A DNA stretch of 64,000 nt from Pelagomonas calceolata (Eukaryota). Under the pieces are notes generated by a model. That model ran no database searches, was not told where the DNA came from, and saw nothing but the letters and a program-made list of their open reading frames with translations. Made by a program: the position numbers and the translations under genes. Shown piece by piece: positions 29,465 to 40,878 of the stretch (the stretch's first letter is position 1; every line of letters starts with the position of its first letter). The DNA lies in assembly GCA_918797485.1 (NCBI GenBank), contig CAKKNE010000002.1, positions 4,526,001 to 4,590,000 of the forward strand, written 5' to 3'.

Positions 29465-30938
29465 ATGGGCTGCGGCGCCTCCGCGCCCATGGAGGAGAAG
29501 ACGAGCCCCCTCGACGTCGACCGCACGCCGTCCGCGCGGCTGCGGGTCGAGCGGTCGCTCTCCGCGTCCGTGCGCGGCGAGACCGCCGTGACGTTACGAG
29601 GCTACGAGTTCTCCGGAACACTCGGCTACGGCGCCTTCGCGCGCGTGCTCAAGGCGCGCCATATAGCATCAGGTGGAGACCGCGCCGTCAAGGTCATCGA
29701 CAAGGCGGTGCTACGGAAGAAGAAGACGATGAGGAGGAGCGGCTCGGCGATTGCCGTCTCGTCCGCGCTAGATAAACTCGAGGCGGAGATCACTTTGCAA
29801 AAAGACTTCGCGCACGGTCATATTATCAGGATCTTCGAGGTCGTCGAGGACCCGGTCGCGGACCGCACGTTGCTCGCTGTGTGGAAATCAAATTTACGGC
29901 GCGCTCGTCCTGAATCGCTGCGTCGACCTCCACGCCATCGACGCGACGCCTGCTCGATGGCGTGGCGATGTCGGTTCCTCACCGCTCGACAGAACCAGCG
30001 CGGCCACGCCATCGCCGTGCACCCGACACACTGGTTGATTTCCACACAGGTTGCTCGTGATGGAGCTCGCCGCCAGAGGACCGGTCATGACGTTTGACGG
30101 GAAGCTCTTCTCCTGTGCGGTGTCCGGGGAAGCCGTCGAAGCCGACCGAGCGGCGCGCATCGTGGCCGAGGTCGCGTCGGCGTTGTCCTACTTGCACATG
30201 CGGCACGTCGCGCACCGCGACCTCAAGCCGGACAACATCCTGCTGGATGCAAGGGACGCGGCGAAGCTCTGCGACTTCGGCGTGTCGCACACCTACGGCA
30301 ATTCCCTGGGCGGCCGGGACGGCGACAGCGGCGCCTTCGACCGCAACGTCTACGGCGCGGACCGGGCCAAAAGGTTGAAAGAAATAGGAAGAGCCAAGTC
30401 CGCGGCGCAAGTCGCGCAGACCGAGGGCACCTACGCGTACTGGGCGCCGGAGATGATGAACGAAGCGGCGACGTTCAACGCCTTCTCGTGCGACTGCTGG
30501 GCGCTCGGGGTGTGCTTCTACAACTTTAGGACGCGGCGGTCGCCCTTCGAGAGCGAGACGCTGGATGGGCTCTTCGATCGCATCAGTCGCGCCGACCGGG
30601 ACCCGGCGCCTGAATATTTGTCGCCCACGGAAACGAAGCTGCTGGACGGGTTATTGGAGAAGGACCCGGATGCGCGGCTCACGGTGGGAGACTTACTGGA
30701 AGACCCCTACCTATCGGCCTATGCACTCCACGAGGAGCGCCAGACACAGTTCCGGAACCGGACGCCGAGGGAGAAGCTGTCGAAGCGCGGTTCATTAAGA
30801 GGCGGCTTCGCGGGGAACTCGCCGCTCGCGCGCGGCGACGGCAAGGAGGAGTCGCCGCAACTCGAGAAGGCCCCCTCGGAGACGATCTCGGAGCTCGCGA
30901 CGCTGCAGAGCGAGAACGCGACGCCTCCTCCGGCGTAG
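29465..30938 (+). CDS. Ser/Thr protein kinase (CaMKK-like), N-myristoylation signal, two exons
   Basis: MGCGAS start; GYGAFARV, AVKVI, HRDLKPDN, DFG, GTYAYWAPE, DCWALG; exons joined by intron 29869-30049. Confidence 0.92.
29869..30049 (+). mobile_element. Introner intron (181 nt, GT-AG); element 29877-30049, opposite orientation to the 4607 copy
   Basis: TIRs CTGTGTGGAAATCAA / TTGATTTCCACACAG; perfect TSD GTTGCTCG; splicing gives DRT|LLVMEL. Confidence 0.94.
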
Positions 30939-31174
30939 TAGACGATCCTTGTTATAAGATCCGCTAGTCCCACTAGATGGAGTTGCTATGCGATCTAGGT
31001 CACCACAGCTCGATCACGCATCTAGGGCTAGTGTGTTATACGCTTGGTGCAAAACATAATGTAGCGTGCAGTGCATCCGTGTTCGTCGGCGCACGTGCGT
31101 GCGTTCATAGGTGCCGTGTCGTCGAATCAATGCATGAAAGCAACACAGGGCTGATTGTCTAAGAGCAAGATCAA

Positions 31175-33459
31175 ATGGTCAGCTTCGCAAGCGCCCTGGT
31201 GGCCTGCATTGGGGTCATAGCTGCGGGCTACGCCGCCGGCCGCCTCAAGATCATCGACACGAAAGGCGCGGGGCCCGCAGCGATTGGCGCCTTCGTCGGC
31301 CGGTTCGCGCTGCCGGCGCTGCTGTTTCGCGAGCTCGCGACGCTGCGCTGGAAGGACATCGACGGGCGGCTCCTGGCGTCCGTGGCCGCGGCGAAGGCGT
31401 TGTTGTTCGCGGGAGTGCTCGGCTGCTCGACGCTGCTGGAGAGCCGGCGGGCGGGCGACGACCAGTGCACAAATTAAATTTCGCGGCGCCGCGTCGCGCT
31501 GAGAAATGCTCAGTTTGTGAAGAATTATCGGGTGCACCCGACTCACTAGTTGATTTGCACAGGCGACGACCGCGACTTCAAACGCCTCGTGGCCGCGTCG
31601 GCATCGCGGGCGATATTTTGCACGCAGTCCAACGACTTCGCCCTTGGCCTGCCGGTGATCCAGGCGCTCTACGGCGGCGACGAGGGCCGGCGCATGGTGG
31701 CCATGCTCTACTTACTCGCATCGATCAGTGCATGAATCAAATTGCGCGGCGCTTCTCGCCCACGGCTCAATCATGACCTCCACGCTATCGACGCGATGCC
31801 TGCTCGATGGCGTGGCGATGCCGGTTCCTCACCGCTCGAACGGAGCCAGCACGGCGGCGTCATCGCCGAGAAATGACTTAGTGAAGAATTATCGTGCACC
31901 CGACGCACTGATTGATTTGCGCACAGGCGCCGATCTCGCTCGTGCTGCTGAATCCGATCGGTTTCCTGCTCATGGGCCTGTACGAGCCGGACGAGGGGCG
32001 GTCAGGGCGGAAGGAAACGGTCCGGCGCGTGCTGAAGCGCGTCGCGACGACGCCGCTCGTGGCTTGCACGGCGCTCGGCGCTTTGTACGGCCTGGCCCTC
32101 GGGCCGGACGCGCTGCCGGCCTTCGCCGACGGCTTCCTCGGCATCCTGGGCGCCGGATTCACGCCGACCGCTCTGTTCTTCACGGGCCTGTCGCTGGTCG
32201 GCCGGGTGACGCCCGAGACGGACCTGCTGGTGCCGCTGGCTCTATCATTCGGCAAGTGCGTCGCGCTGCCCGTCGTTATTTACGCGATCCTCGACGTGGC
32301 CGGCGCGGACGCGCTGTCCAAGGGCTTTGGGTTCGTGGTGGGCGCGATCCCGACGGCGCCCTCGGTCCTCGTCTACACGAACGAGTACCTGCGCCACGAC
32401 GAGGCCCTCGTCGCCAAGACGTCCGTAGCATTGGTCGTGTGCACCGTCTTCTCCACCCCAATCATCTTCGCGGCCGGCCTCGCGGCGCGGTCCGAAAGTA
32501 TGGCGACGGCCGCCGACGCCGAGGTCGCCGACGCCTTCCTCTGCGTGCCGTCGGCGCTCCTCGCGACCTGGTGCCTATGTTCCTTCGCAGCGACGTGGCG
32601 CGACGAGGGCACCGACGACGACCGCTTCGCCATACTCTCGGTGAACGCCCTGTGCCACGCCGTCGGCGCTTTATCCGCAGCGCTCTGCTCCGTCGCGTCC
32701 GGCACGGCGGGTGCCGCCGTCGTCGAGGTCGCGCGGCTCGCCTCCTGCGGCACGGCCGCCTGCGGAGCGCTGCTGCCCGCGAACGGCCCGAAGCGCCGCG
32801 GATCGGCGCTGTTGACCGACGACGTCGCCGCGAAGACCTGGACTTCGGCGCAGCGTATTTCGGCGTTCGCGTTCGCGGTCCTGGTGCCCGTCGCGGCGAC
32901 GGTGGCCGTGGCCTCTCACGGGGGCACGGCACGAGACCGCTGCGGCGTCGCGTTCGGCGCGCCGCAGGATGCGCTGACCTTCGTGTACATGCTAGCCTGC
33001 GTCGGCGCCGCGTTAATTGGCCTGCGGCGCGCGCGGACGGCCGCGGACCGGCGCTATGCGTCGAATCCCGACCTCGTAGCCCTCGCCGCCAACGCGGAAG
33101 GCATCGCGTCGCCGCTCCGGAGCGACGGCGGCGAGGTCCCTACGGCGCCGCCGAGCCCACGCCTCTCGACGGCGATCGGCCACCGCCTGCTTTTGTTCGT
33201 CCTGTTGCACGCCGCCGTGGCCTTTCTCGCCGCCGCCGCGTCGGCGTCGCGCCTCGCCACGCGCCGGATGGCAGCCGTCGACGTGCTCGACCTCGTCGAG
33301 CGCACCGCGTCCTCCTTGATGGGCGCATTTCTGTTCCTGATCTTTGGCCTGGCCAAGGACCAGGTTCTCGTGCGGCACATCTCCGACGCCGTCGCGCGCC
33401 TGCGAGAGCCCCGGTCCCCGGCCCCTTCGCCTTCAGGCTTCACCGAGCAGTGGTTCTGA
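31175..33459 (+). CDS. GPR155/LYCHOS-like PIN (auxin efflux carrier)-fold membrane protein, three exons
   Basis: FVGRFALPALLF, IFCTQSNDFALGLPVI, LAPISLVLLNPIGF, PTAPSVLVY; exons 31175-31454, 31563-31717 and 31927-33459 join in frame. Confidence 0.8.
31455..31562 (+). mobile_element. Introner intron (108 nt, GC-AG)
   Basis: Perfect TSD GCGACGAC; degenerate TIRs CAGTGCACAAATTAA / TTGATTTGCACAG; shares the GAAGAATTATCGGGTGCACCCGA subterminal block. Confidence 0.88.
31718..31926 (+). mobile_element. Introner intron (209 nt, GC-AG)
   Basis: Body homologous to the 29877 and 53863 copies; TSD GCATCGAT / GCGCCGAT (2 mismatches); frame restored (YLL|APISL). Confidence 0.88.
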
Positions 33460-33480
33460 ATCTAATTTTTGTGTCTACTC

Positions 33481-35847
33481 TTACCCACCTCGCAGCGCCG
33501 CCATGATGTCGAAGCTGTCGTCGTGGCCGCCGCTCGCCAGGTCGCTGTTGTCGTCCGGCGCGGCATCAGCCTCGTTGACGAACGCGCTCGTCTCGCGGTC
33601 CCCGAGCACGCACTGCTGGTAGATGGTCTGCCGCGCGCGCTGCACGCGGACCTGTGTGGAAATCGATTTTCGCGACGTCGTCCCCGTAGCGGCATCTGCT
33701 CGATGGCGTAACCTAACTCACTGTTTGATTTCCACGCCGACGCGGACGGCCGTCGACACCGGCGTGAACAGCTGCTCGATCACCGTCGTTAGTAAGAGGA
33801 ACCCGACCGAGAACGCGATGAAGAGGCCGAGCTTCATCTTGACCGCCTGGTAGTCGCGCCTCCCGTCCTCCTCGTACCTTGGATTCAGGAAGATGGGCGA
33901 GATGTCCACGACGAAGAAACAGAGGGCCACGTTCGTCACGCAGCCGATCTTCGACAATATTTGAAAGATGTCCTCCCAGATCCCGATGTTCCTCACTTCC
34001 AGCGGCAGCGGCCTTCTATGAAGCTTGAGCAATTTGTGGCCGTCCATCCAGATCTGCAGCGTGTTGAACGCGAAGCTAATCAGCGGCGCGAAGGGGTAGA
34101 CCGCCGTGAACATGGTCACGTAGCCGAACTGCAGCGTGAGCTCCACGTAGTCCTCGATGGGACCCTCGATGTTGTCGTACTCCGTCAACTCGACAAAATC
34201 CTTGCGCGCCTCCGTGCGCCAGTCGGCGTCGGGTTCTCCCTCAGTACCACCTAAATTGTCCTCGCAGCCCAGCCGCTGGATCCGCCGCTGGGACAGGAAC
34301 CGCAGCACGACGGGCAGCACGGCCTGCTTGGCCAGGGAATACCCCGCCTGGCCCGCGAACAGGATGGCGATCTGGAAACTCAATTCGCCCTTGCAGTTAT
34401 TGGTCGGTGGGCACATCTTATCGTCGTCGTAGCGCATGGGCTCGATGAACGCGACCCAGAACTGCGGGAGGAAGGTGTTGATGAGCTGGAAGATGACGTC
34501 CTTCATCGTCAGGTGGTGCGCGTATTCTTCGTCGGTCTTCCAGTTCTCGTATTTCGTAAGTATGCGGGCTAGAATCGAGCCGAGGGCGTTGACGCCCTGG
34601 ACCTGGCACATCGCAATTAATATAGACAAGTGGTTGTTCGCCAGGCCCTTTATCTGTTCGTCCTTCTGGTGCTTCAGTACGTTGACGTACGCGACGACGC
34701 CAAGGTCCGCCCATAATAAAACGACGATGATCGACCAGGCGACCGTCTGGCGCCCGCGCCGCCACCAGTCCGGGAAGTCCAATTCGACCTTGCCGTGCAC
34801 GACCGACGTCATGGGCAGCCCCTCGAAGGCCGGCCGCACGCGCGGCTTCGCGTCGGCCCACTGGTTCGCGCCCCAGCGCTTGTTGCAGACCTCCTGCTGC
34901 CGTTTGAACTTCTGGAGCGTGATGGAGCACATGATGATCACCAAGCCGGCGTGCAGCGCGTTGGGCACCTGGTGGATGGCCCCGTGCCCGTTGAACGGCG
35001 GCACGAGCTTCATCAACGCGTACAGCACCAGGCCGATGATGCCGTTGATGAGGTAGGACGTCGCCCACGTCGACACGAAGAGGAAATAAAAGCCCATCTG
35101 CTCGCCCAAATACACTCTAATATGATTGATCGGCTGCTCCCACGGCTTCAGGATAATTTTATAATTGCCGAGCCACTCCTTGTGCAGCGCGTCCCTCTTA
35201 TCATGGTCGTGAAGCAATATTAACGTCGAGATGCGCGGCCCGTCGCCGCTCTTGTCGGCCTTGTACGGGAGGAGCGGCGCCGGTTCCACGCGGTCCATGG
35301 CTCTCGCGTCCAACCCGGCGCCGCGCGCCGCGCCCGGCAATTTGGAAGAAGCGCAGAGCATCCGCAGAATAACCTTGTGCCGCGTCGTATCGACGAAGGC
35401 CGTGAACATGTCGATCTTCGCCGGCCGCACGACCGCGTAGATATAATCGAAGAGGGGGAAGAGGGCCAGCTTCTCCGTTAGTGACCCGAGGGACCAGCCG
35501 TGCTCGTCGGCGGGTCTCTCGTTGAACGCGAGGGGCGGATCTAATGCCGCCGCGGCGGCCTGGAGCTTGGCCGGGTCGAGGCGCCCGGGCACGCCCTGGG
35601 CGAACGCGAACTCCATGAGGCGCTGCTGCGGGGCGCCGAGCTTGAGGACCGAGACCTCGTATTGGCCGCTGAGGGCATCGAACTCCTCCGTCACAAAACC
35701 GGCATGTTCCACGCGCTCCTTGAGCTCCTTCAGGTACGCGGGCGAGACCTTGGGCACGACGATGGCGTAGTCGTAGTGGACCGACGGAGCCGCGGTGAGG
35801 CGCTCGGCCTCGTCCAGCATGTCGCCCGCCGGGGCGACCTTGGACAT
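33481..35847 (-). CDS. Anoctamin/TMEM16 family channel or scramblase, two exons
   Basis: QPINHIRVYLGEQMGFYF, LTKYENWKT, EDYVELTLQFGYVTMF, PFAPL, RRPLP, IGIWEDI; last exon 33651-33481 ends in TAA. Confidence 0.92.
33652..33747 (-). mobile_element. Introner intron (96 nt, GT-AG)
   Basis: Element 33652-33739, CTGTGTGGAAATCGA...TTGATTTCCACGCCG; perfect TSD ACGCGGAC; removal extends the anoctamin ORF by 57 codons. Confidence 0.9.
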
Positions 35848-35925
35848 GATGCTTGGGTGTCGGGCGGCAGCCGCGTGCGACGAGGGGATGCTTGGGTGTC
35901 GGGTGGCAGCTGCGTGCGACGAGGG
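35848..35925. repeat. 39-bp tandem duplication immediately upstream of the anoctamin ATG
   Basis: GATGCTTGGGTGTCGGG(C/T)GGCAGC(C/T)GCGTGCGACGAGGG twice (35848, 35887). Confidence 0.9.
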
Positions 35926-36282
35926 GCCGCTAGGTGTGGTGTTGTTGTGGCAGTAAGAGGCTGCCCCACGCGGTCGTCGACGGTGCGTGCAGCCCGAGCG
36001 ACGGCTGCCCGCGTGCTGCTCGTTTCCCCAATTTACGTGGCAGAGGCGTCGGCACGTGCGAACGCCGTTCCGGGCCGTCGTTGCGCTGGCTCGGCGCTGA
36101 AATTCCTAGTGCCACTAGGAAGTCAGAGGATAGGGGCCGTGCCCGCAAGCCTGCGAGCGCGCCGGGACGGCGACCGACCCTTCCCGCCGTCGGCGCGGCC
36201 CGCAGTAGAAAAGTCCAGCGTCGGGCCCGCGCGCCGGCGGGGCTACACTCATGCGGCACACGAGTCAAACACCGGAGCTTAC

Positions 36283-37308
36283 TCACAATTCCGAATACGG
36301 GCTCCACTTCGGGCGCCGCGGCCGCGCGGCGTTGCGCTTCGACGGGGCCGACCGCGGCCGCCAGGACATGTGCGGCCGCACGCGCCGCGGCGGTGACCGC
36401 TCCCAGGACGGCCGCGCCTTCTCCACCGGCTTCGCGGGGGCCGGCGGCGGCCGCCACTTCGGCGGCGGCGCCGGTCTGCGCGCGCAGGCGAGCGGCGGGT
36501 TCCCCGTCGCGAAGGCCAGCTCGCCGCAGATGCGTTGCCGCGCGGCCTCCTCCGCCGCCGCGAGGCGTTGATTGTGCTCCGCCTCCCTTCTATAACTCCC
36601 GGAGATCATGTCGCACCGGAGCTGCTTGCCCGGACCCGTCTTCCGCCACGGCGACTTCTGCGGTGGAACCGGTTCTACTTCAGGATAGGGCTCGTAGCGC
36701 TCAATGCGCGGTCTTCTCGTCGAAGCCGCGGCGGCCTCGAGGGCCCGCCGGTGGTCCGCGCGTGCCTTCGCGTCCGCGGCGAGCGCCGCGTCGCCCCTTA
36801 ACTGGATGACTTTCGTGGGAGGCACCCAGCGCGGGCCCGTGTCCTTCGGCCGCGGGTCGATCCATTCGACCTTCGCCTTGGCTTCGACCTCGACCAGATG
36901 CTCGCGCGCCGCCAGGCAGGCCCGCCGCGCCATCTCGTCGGCGGAGATGCGCTCCGGCGCCCGCACGGACCAGGCCGGCCGTTGATCCTTTTTGACCGGT
37001 TGTGTCGCGGGCTTCTCATCGTCGAGCGCTTCGAGGGCCCTCCGCAACTCCGCCCGCGCCCGCGCGTCCTCGGCGTTCGCCGCGTCGCCCTTGGACTTCT
37101 TGACTTGAGTGGGCTTCACCCAGCGCGGCCTACCATTTACCGCTTGGCCGAGTTTAATCGCGCGCGCGCGCTGCCGGGCCGCGTCCTTCTCTCGTAGCAC
37201 GTCCTTCACCTCCTGGCGTTGGACTTGTTTGACCGCAGCCCGCGCGATGGTGAGCTTCGCGCGGTAGTCCTTTTTGTCCTGCCATCCTATAGTATTGTCT
37301 CCGGCCAT
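36283..37308 (-). CDS. Hypothetical basic protein with an internal duplication
   Basis: 341-aa ATG ORF; PRWVKPTQV..GDAANAEDARARAELRRALEA repeated as PRWVPPTKV..GDAALAADAKARADHRRALEA. Confidence 0.65.
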   Translation of the reverse strand: MAGDNTIGWQDKKDYRAKLTIARAAVKQVQRQEVKDVLREKDAARQRARAIKLGQAVNGRPRWVKPTQVKKSKGDAANAEDARARAELRRALEALDDEKPATQPVKKDQRPAWSVRAPERISADEMARRACLAAREHLVEVEAKAKVEWIDPRPKDTGPRWVPPTKVIQLRGDAALAADAKARADHRRALEAAAASTRRPRIERYEPYPEVEPVPPQKSPWRKTGPGKQLRCDMISGSYRREAEHNQRLAAAEEAARQRICGELAFATGNPPLACARRPAPPPKWRPPPAPAKPVEKARPSWERSPPRRVRPHMSWRPRSAPSKRNAARPRRPKWSPYSEL

Positions 37309-37509
37309 GGTGGCGCGTCTCGGGCAGCGGCGGCCGCGTTGTGATCACAGCGCCAAGCTTCGTGCAGCACTCAACCGATTTTTTGCATCCGCAACGCTCA
37401 CTACGGCGTGGCGTCGCGTCGGCGGCGTGCAGTTGACGGAGGGATCTTTCGGAACGGCCAGAGAAGGCACTAGTCTCCGTTGGCATTGTGCTTGGCAAGC
37501 CGGCGCAAA

Positions 37510-38541
37510 ATGGCCGTCACGACGACGCCCGAAATGCTGCCCGCGGCGCCGCAATGCACTCCTGGCGCTGCCCGGACCCCACTGGCGCCGTGCAACGACG
37601 CGCTTCCCTCGACCACCAAACCGAGCCCACTGCCGGACCAGGCTGCTCTCGCGCCGCGGCCGCCCGCTGTAGCCCAGACGCCGCTGCCGCGCGCGTCGGA
37701 CGCCGTCGTCGCGACGCCGCGGCTCCCGGCGCGGACGCCGCTCCCGCCGCCGCCGCCGCCGGAGGTCGAGTGCCAGTGCTGTTATGATACCGTGCCCGTG
37801 ACGCAGACCGTGACGTGCGCCGCGCGCGCCGCGCACACGGTCTGCGAGGGCTGCGTGCGCCACCTGGTCCAGGCGCGCATTGGAGAGGGCTCGGCGAAGC
37901 CGCTGACGTGCCTCGCGGGCGGCGCCGGCTGCAAGGCGCCGCTCCCGCACAAGGCCGTCGCGCAGGCGCTCGCGTCGCCGGTGCGGCGCCAGCGCGACGC
38001 CATCGTCGCGCGCGCGGAGTTGATGCGGGCGAACATCGAAGGTTTGCAGAGCTGCCCGTTCTGCCCCTACAGCTGCGTCAAGCCGGCCTTGTTCACGGAC
38101 GCGCCGGAAGTGTTTCAGTGCGAACACCCCGCGTGCGGCAAGCGGTCCTGCACGCGGTGCAAGGGCGAGGTCCTTCCGTTCAAGCCCCACGCCTGCCCCG
38201 AATCAGAAGAGACGGACGCGTTGACGGACGCGGTCATCCGCGACTGCCCGCGCTGCGCGACGCGCTTTTATAAAGATGCGGGGTGCAACAAGATGCGCTG
38301 CCCGACGTGCGCCGCCGAGTCGTGCTACGTGTGCCGGAAGCTCATCACGGACAAGGTACCCTACCTCCATTTCTGCTTCTGCGACTGCAACGTGTCGCGG
38401 CGGGGCCACATCACGCGGCGGGGCGCGACGGCGCGGGAGAGGTGCCGCCTCTGCGGGAAGTGCTCGCTCTGGCACGCCGACGCCGCGCAACCCGCGTTGG
38501 AGGATACGGGGAAGCGGTCCTGCGCGTGCGTCGTGAGCTGA
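37510..38541 (+). CDS. RBR (RING1-IBR-RING2) E3 ubiquitin ligase, RNF216-like, ending in CaaX
   Basis: ECQCCYD...HTVCEGC, CPFCPY...C..PACGKRSCTRC, CPRC...GCNKMRC..C...CYVC...YLHF; C-terminus CVVS. Confidence 0.88.
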   Translation: MAVTTTPEMLPAAPQCTPGAARTPLAPCNDALPSTTKPSPLPDQAALAPRPPAVAQTPLPRASDAVVATPRLPARTPLPPPPPPEVECQCCYDTVPVTQTVTCAARAAHTVCEGCVRHLVQARIGEGSAKPLTCLAGGAGCKAPLPHKAVAQALASPVRRQRDAIVARAELMRANIEGLQSCPFCPYSCVKPALFTDAPEVFQCEHPACGKRSCTRCKGEVLPFKPHACPESEETDALTDAVIRDCPRCATRFYKDAGCNKMRCPTCAAESCYVCRKLITDKVPYLHFCFCDCNVSRRGHITRRGATARERCRLCGKCSLWHADAAQPALEDTGKRSCACVVS

Positions 38542-38555
38542 TACTATGCTTAAAT

Positions 38556-40595
38556 TTAACTTTCACATTCGCCGACGAGGCGCGCGACGTGCTCCGCCGT
38601 CTCGGCCGGATGCGTGAGCGGCGCGAGGTGGCCGCCCTTGCTGAGTATTGAGGTCGTGAAGCCGATCCGCTCAAGCACCGCGCGCAGTCCGCGGAGACAG
38701 CGCTGCGATCCTACACCGGGGCACGCCGACAGAACAAGGTGCTTCGCGGCAACGTGTTCGAGCGCCGCGAGGTCCCGTTTCGATGAGTGTCCGCGCGCGC
38801 CGTCGATCGACCCTATTTCGTAGGCGCAGCCCGGGATGGTCGTGTCGAGCAGGACTTTTTGCTGCGGCTCCGGCACCATTGCCCACGTGTGGCTCTCCTC
38901 CTCGGCCAGCCAGAAGCGGTGGAAGCACTCGCCCCAGCCGTGGTACCCGCTCTGCGCCTCCGCCATCATGCGTCCCAGGAACGCCGACGCGTCGTCCACT
39001 CCGCCCGTGCGTGCCGCTTCGTCCGCACGATCGTCGAACGGCGCCGCGGCCTCCAAGAGAGACATATAATTGGGCTCCACGACAACAATGCCCGCGACCT
39101 ATGTGGTTATCATTATGGGGCATCTTCTCCGGACGCAGCATGCCACCTCACGCGTTGCCGCGTAGCGCAGCGCGACCGCGGCACCGTGCGAATGGCCCAC
39201 AACGATCGGCGCCCGGTCGTCGTCGCCGAGCGCGTCCTTGGCCGCAGTTTCTACCAGTGCCGCCGTGTCGTCGAGGGTTTGAGGCCTCCCATGCGGCGGC
39301 CACGGCGTCGTGCCGCCGGCGCCAAACAGATTGGGCGCAACGACGCGGTGATTTGGCCCGAGCGCGTCGCAGAGGGGCGCCCACTGCTTGTGGCTCGAAC
39401 CGCTGCAGTGCACGGCGATGACGGGAGCTCCGGCGCCGCGGACCGCGTACTCGACGCGGAAGCCCGGCGCCGACGGCACCTTGAGGTCGACGCTTCGCTT
39501 GGCCCACGTCGACATCTGCCGCCGTCGAAACGAAAACGTCCGCGACGACCCGGCGAATTGCTTGCAGTCGTAGCGCGAGAGCTGCAGCTTCGAGAGATGC
39601 CGCATTTCTCGCTTTTCAAACCCATCTCTTTCGTAGGGCGGCCGCGGCGCGGAGACCTCGTCCGAGAAGGCGGGGTTGCCGTGCGTCCGCCAGTTGTGCC
39701 CGCAGCAGCCGTCCCACGCCTCGCCGATCAGGATGTATTCCACGAGCTTCGTCGACCGGCGAAAGCTCTCGGTCCAGTCCACTCCGCTCGGCATCCACGC
39801 CGCGACGGCCACGTGCGCGCCCTCCGCCGCGCGCTCCGCGTTTACGTTCTCGACGGGAAATGCGGGGGCGAAGCGCCACGAGCTATCATCAGTCGCGGTG
39901 ACGGCGACGGCTTCGGACCGCCCCCGCTGCTCGAGCGCGCGCCGCAGGAACTGCGAGAGGCGGCCGTCGCCGGCGCCCACCTCCACGACGTCCAGCGTAG
40001 ACACGCCGGCCTCGTCCCTCGCTTGCAGGAGATGGTCAGCGAGGCCGTCGACGTAGTCTGAAGTATAAAAGTCGTAGATCTCGTGGTTCTCCATGTAGGC
40101 GTTGACCTCGGACCGGCCCGCCACCGCGCAGCCGGCGGCCTCGAGCAGCGCCTCGTAATCGAGGCCCTCCGTCGATGATGAGCCCTCGAGCTTCGCTAGC
40201 GCTTCGTCGCGCGGCGCAGACTCCAGGCTATCGTCGGTGGCGTCAAAGGCCCACTTCCCAAGACCAAAAAGTTTCTTGAGCTCTGCGAGCGACGGCGGCA
40301 CGCGCGGGTCCGCCTCGCGCAACGCCGTGGCCGCCCTCATGTAGCGGTCGCTGCCGCGGTACCGGCGGTCGATGTGGTCCTTGCGCAGCCACGCCTTGAG
40401 TCTCGAACACGCGGCGATGGCGTCCAGGTCTGATTTTTGCTCGTTGGGCGCTACGAGCGCACGACGCAGCACGCGCTCTGCATCTTCGACCGGTCTATCG
40501 GCGATTGAGATGCTCCGCGCGAGCTGGCACAGGTAGCTTCGAGCACTGCTGTCGATTGGTGCTGCTCTGGCAAGCCTAAGGAGCATCCTGTCCAT
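38556..40595 (-). CDS. SAM-methyltransferase-like domain fused to an alpha/beta hydrolase, two exons
   Basis: VVEVGAGDGRL; HCSGSS, VVAPNLFGAG, GHSHG, GGHLAPL; removing 39099-39146 gives ATRE|VAGIVVVEP. Confidence 0.75.
39099..39146 (-). mobile_element. Highly degenerate introner-like intron (48 nt, GT-AG)
   Basis: Ends CTATGTGG / GACGCAG; flanks CCCGCGAC / CATGCCAC (5 of 8 match); removes an in-frame stop. Confidence 0.6.
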
Positions 40596-40697
40596 CAGAG
40601 GCGATGCTACTGCATTGAGAGCTTATATTGTGGCCGCAGAGCTGCAACCAAGGAACTGTTGTCCACCAATAAGGCAGCAAAAGCGGCTTGCTTGTGT

Positions 40698-40721
40698 TTG
40701 CTAGTGTGTTACACCGCTAGC
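40698..40721 (-). promoter_or_regulatory. Double-CTAG intergenic motif copy
   Basis: Reverse complement GCTAGCGGTGTAACACACTAGCAA between divergent genes. Confidence 0.6.
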
Positions 40722-40878
40722 TACCGAGGCGGCTGGGTGCGTAAGCAGCGGGAGGGAGGGCGCCGGCTGCCCAAGGAGCGGGGCCAAAAACGGGCCACAT
40801 TTCGCCCAAAACAGGCCGTAGGCGACAAAACAGAAGGGCCAGCGCGCCGGAGGCAACAGCTCGCGCCGAAGGGCAGCC

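Noticed and set aside
31728..33506. 592-aa alternative-frame ORF
   Set aside because: Starts inside an introner and is Arg/Gly/Pro-rich; the overlapping frame carries the transporter motifs
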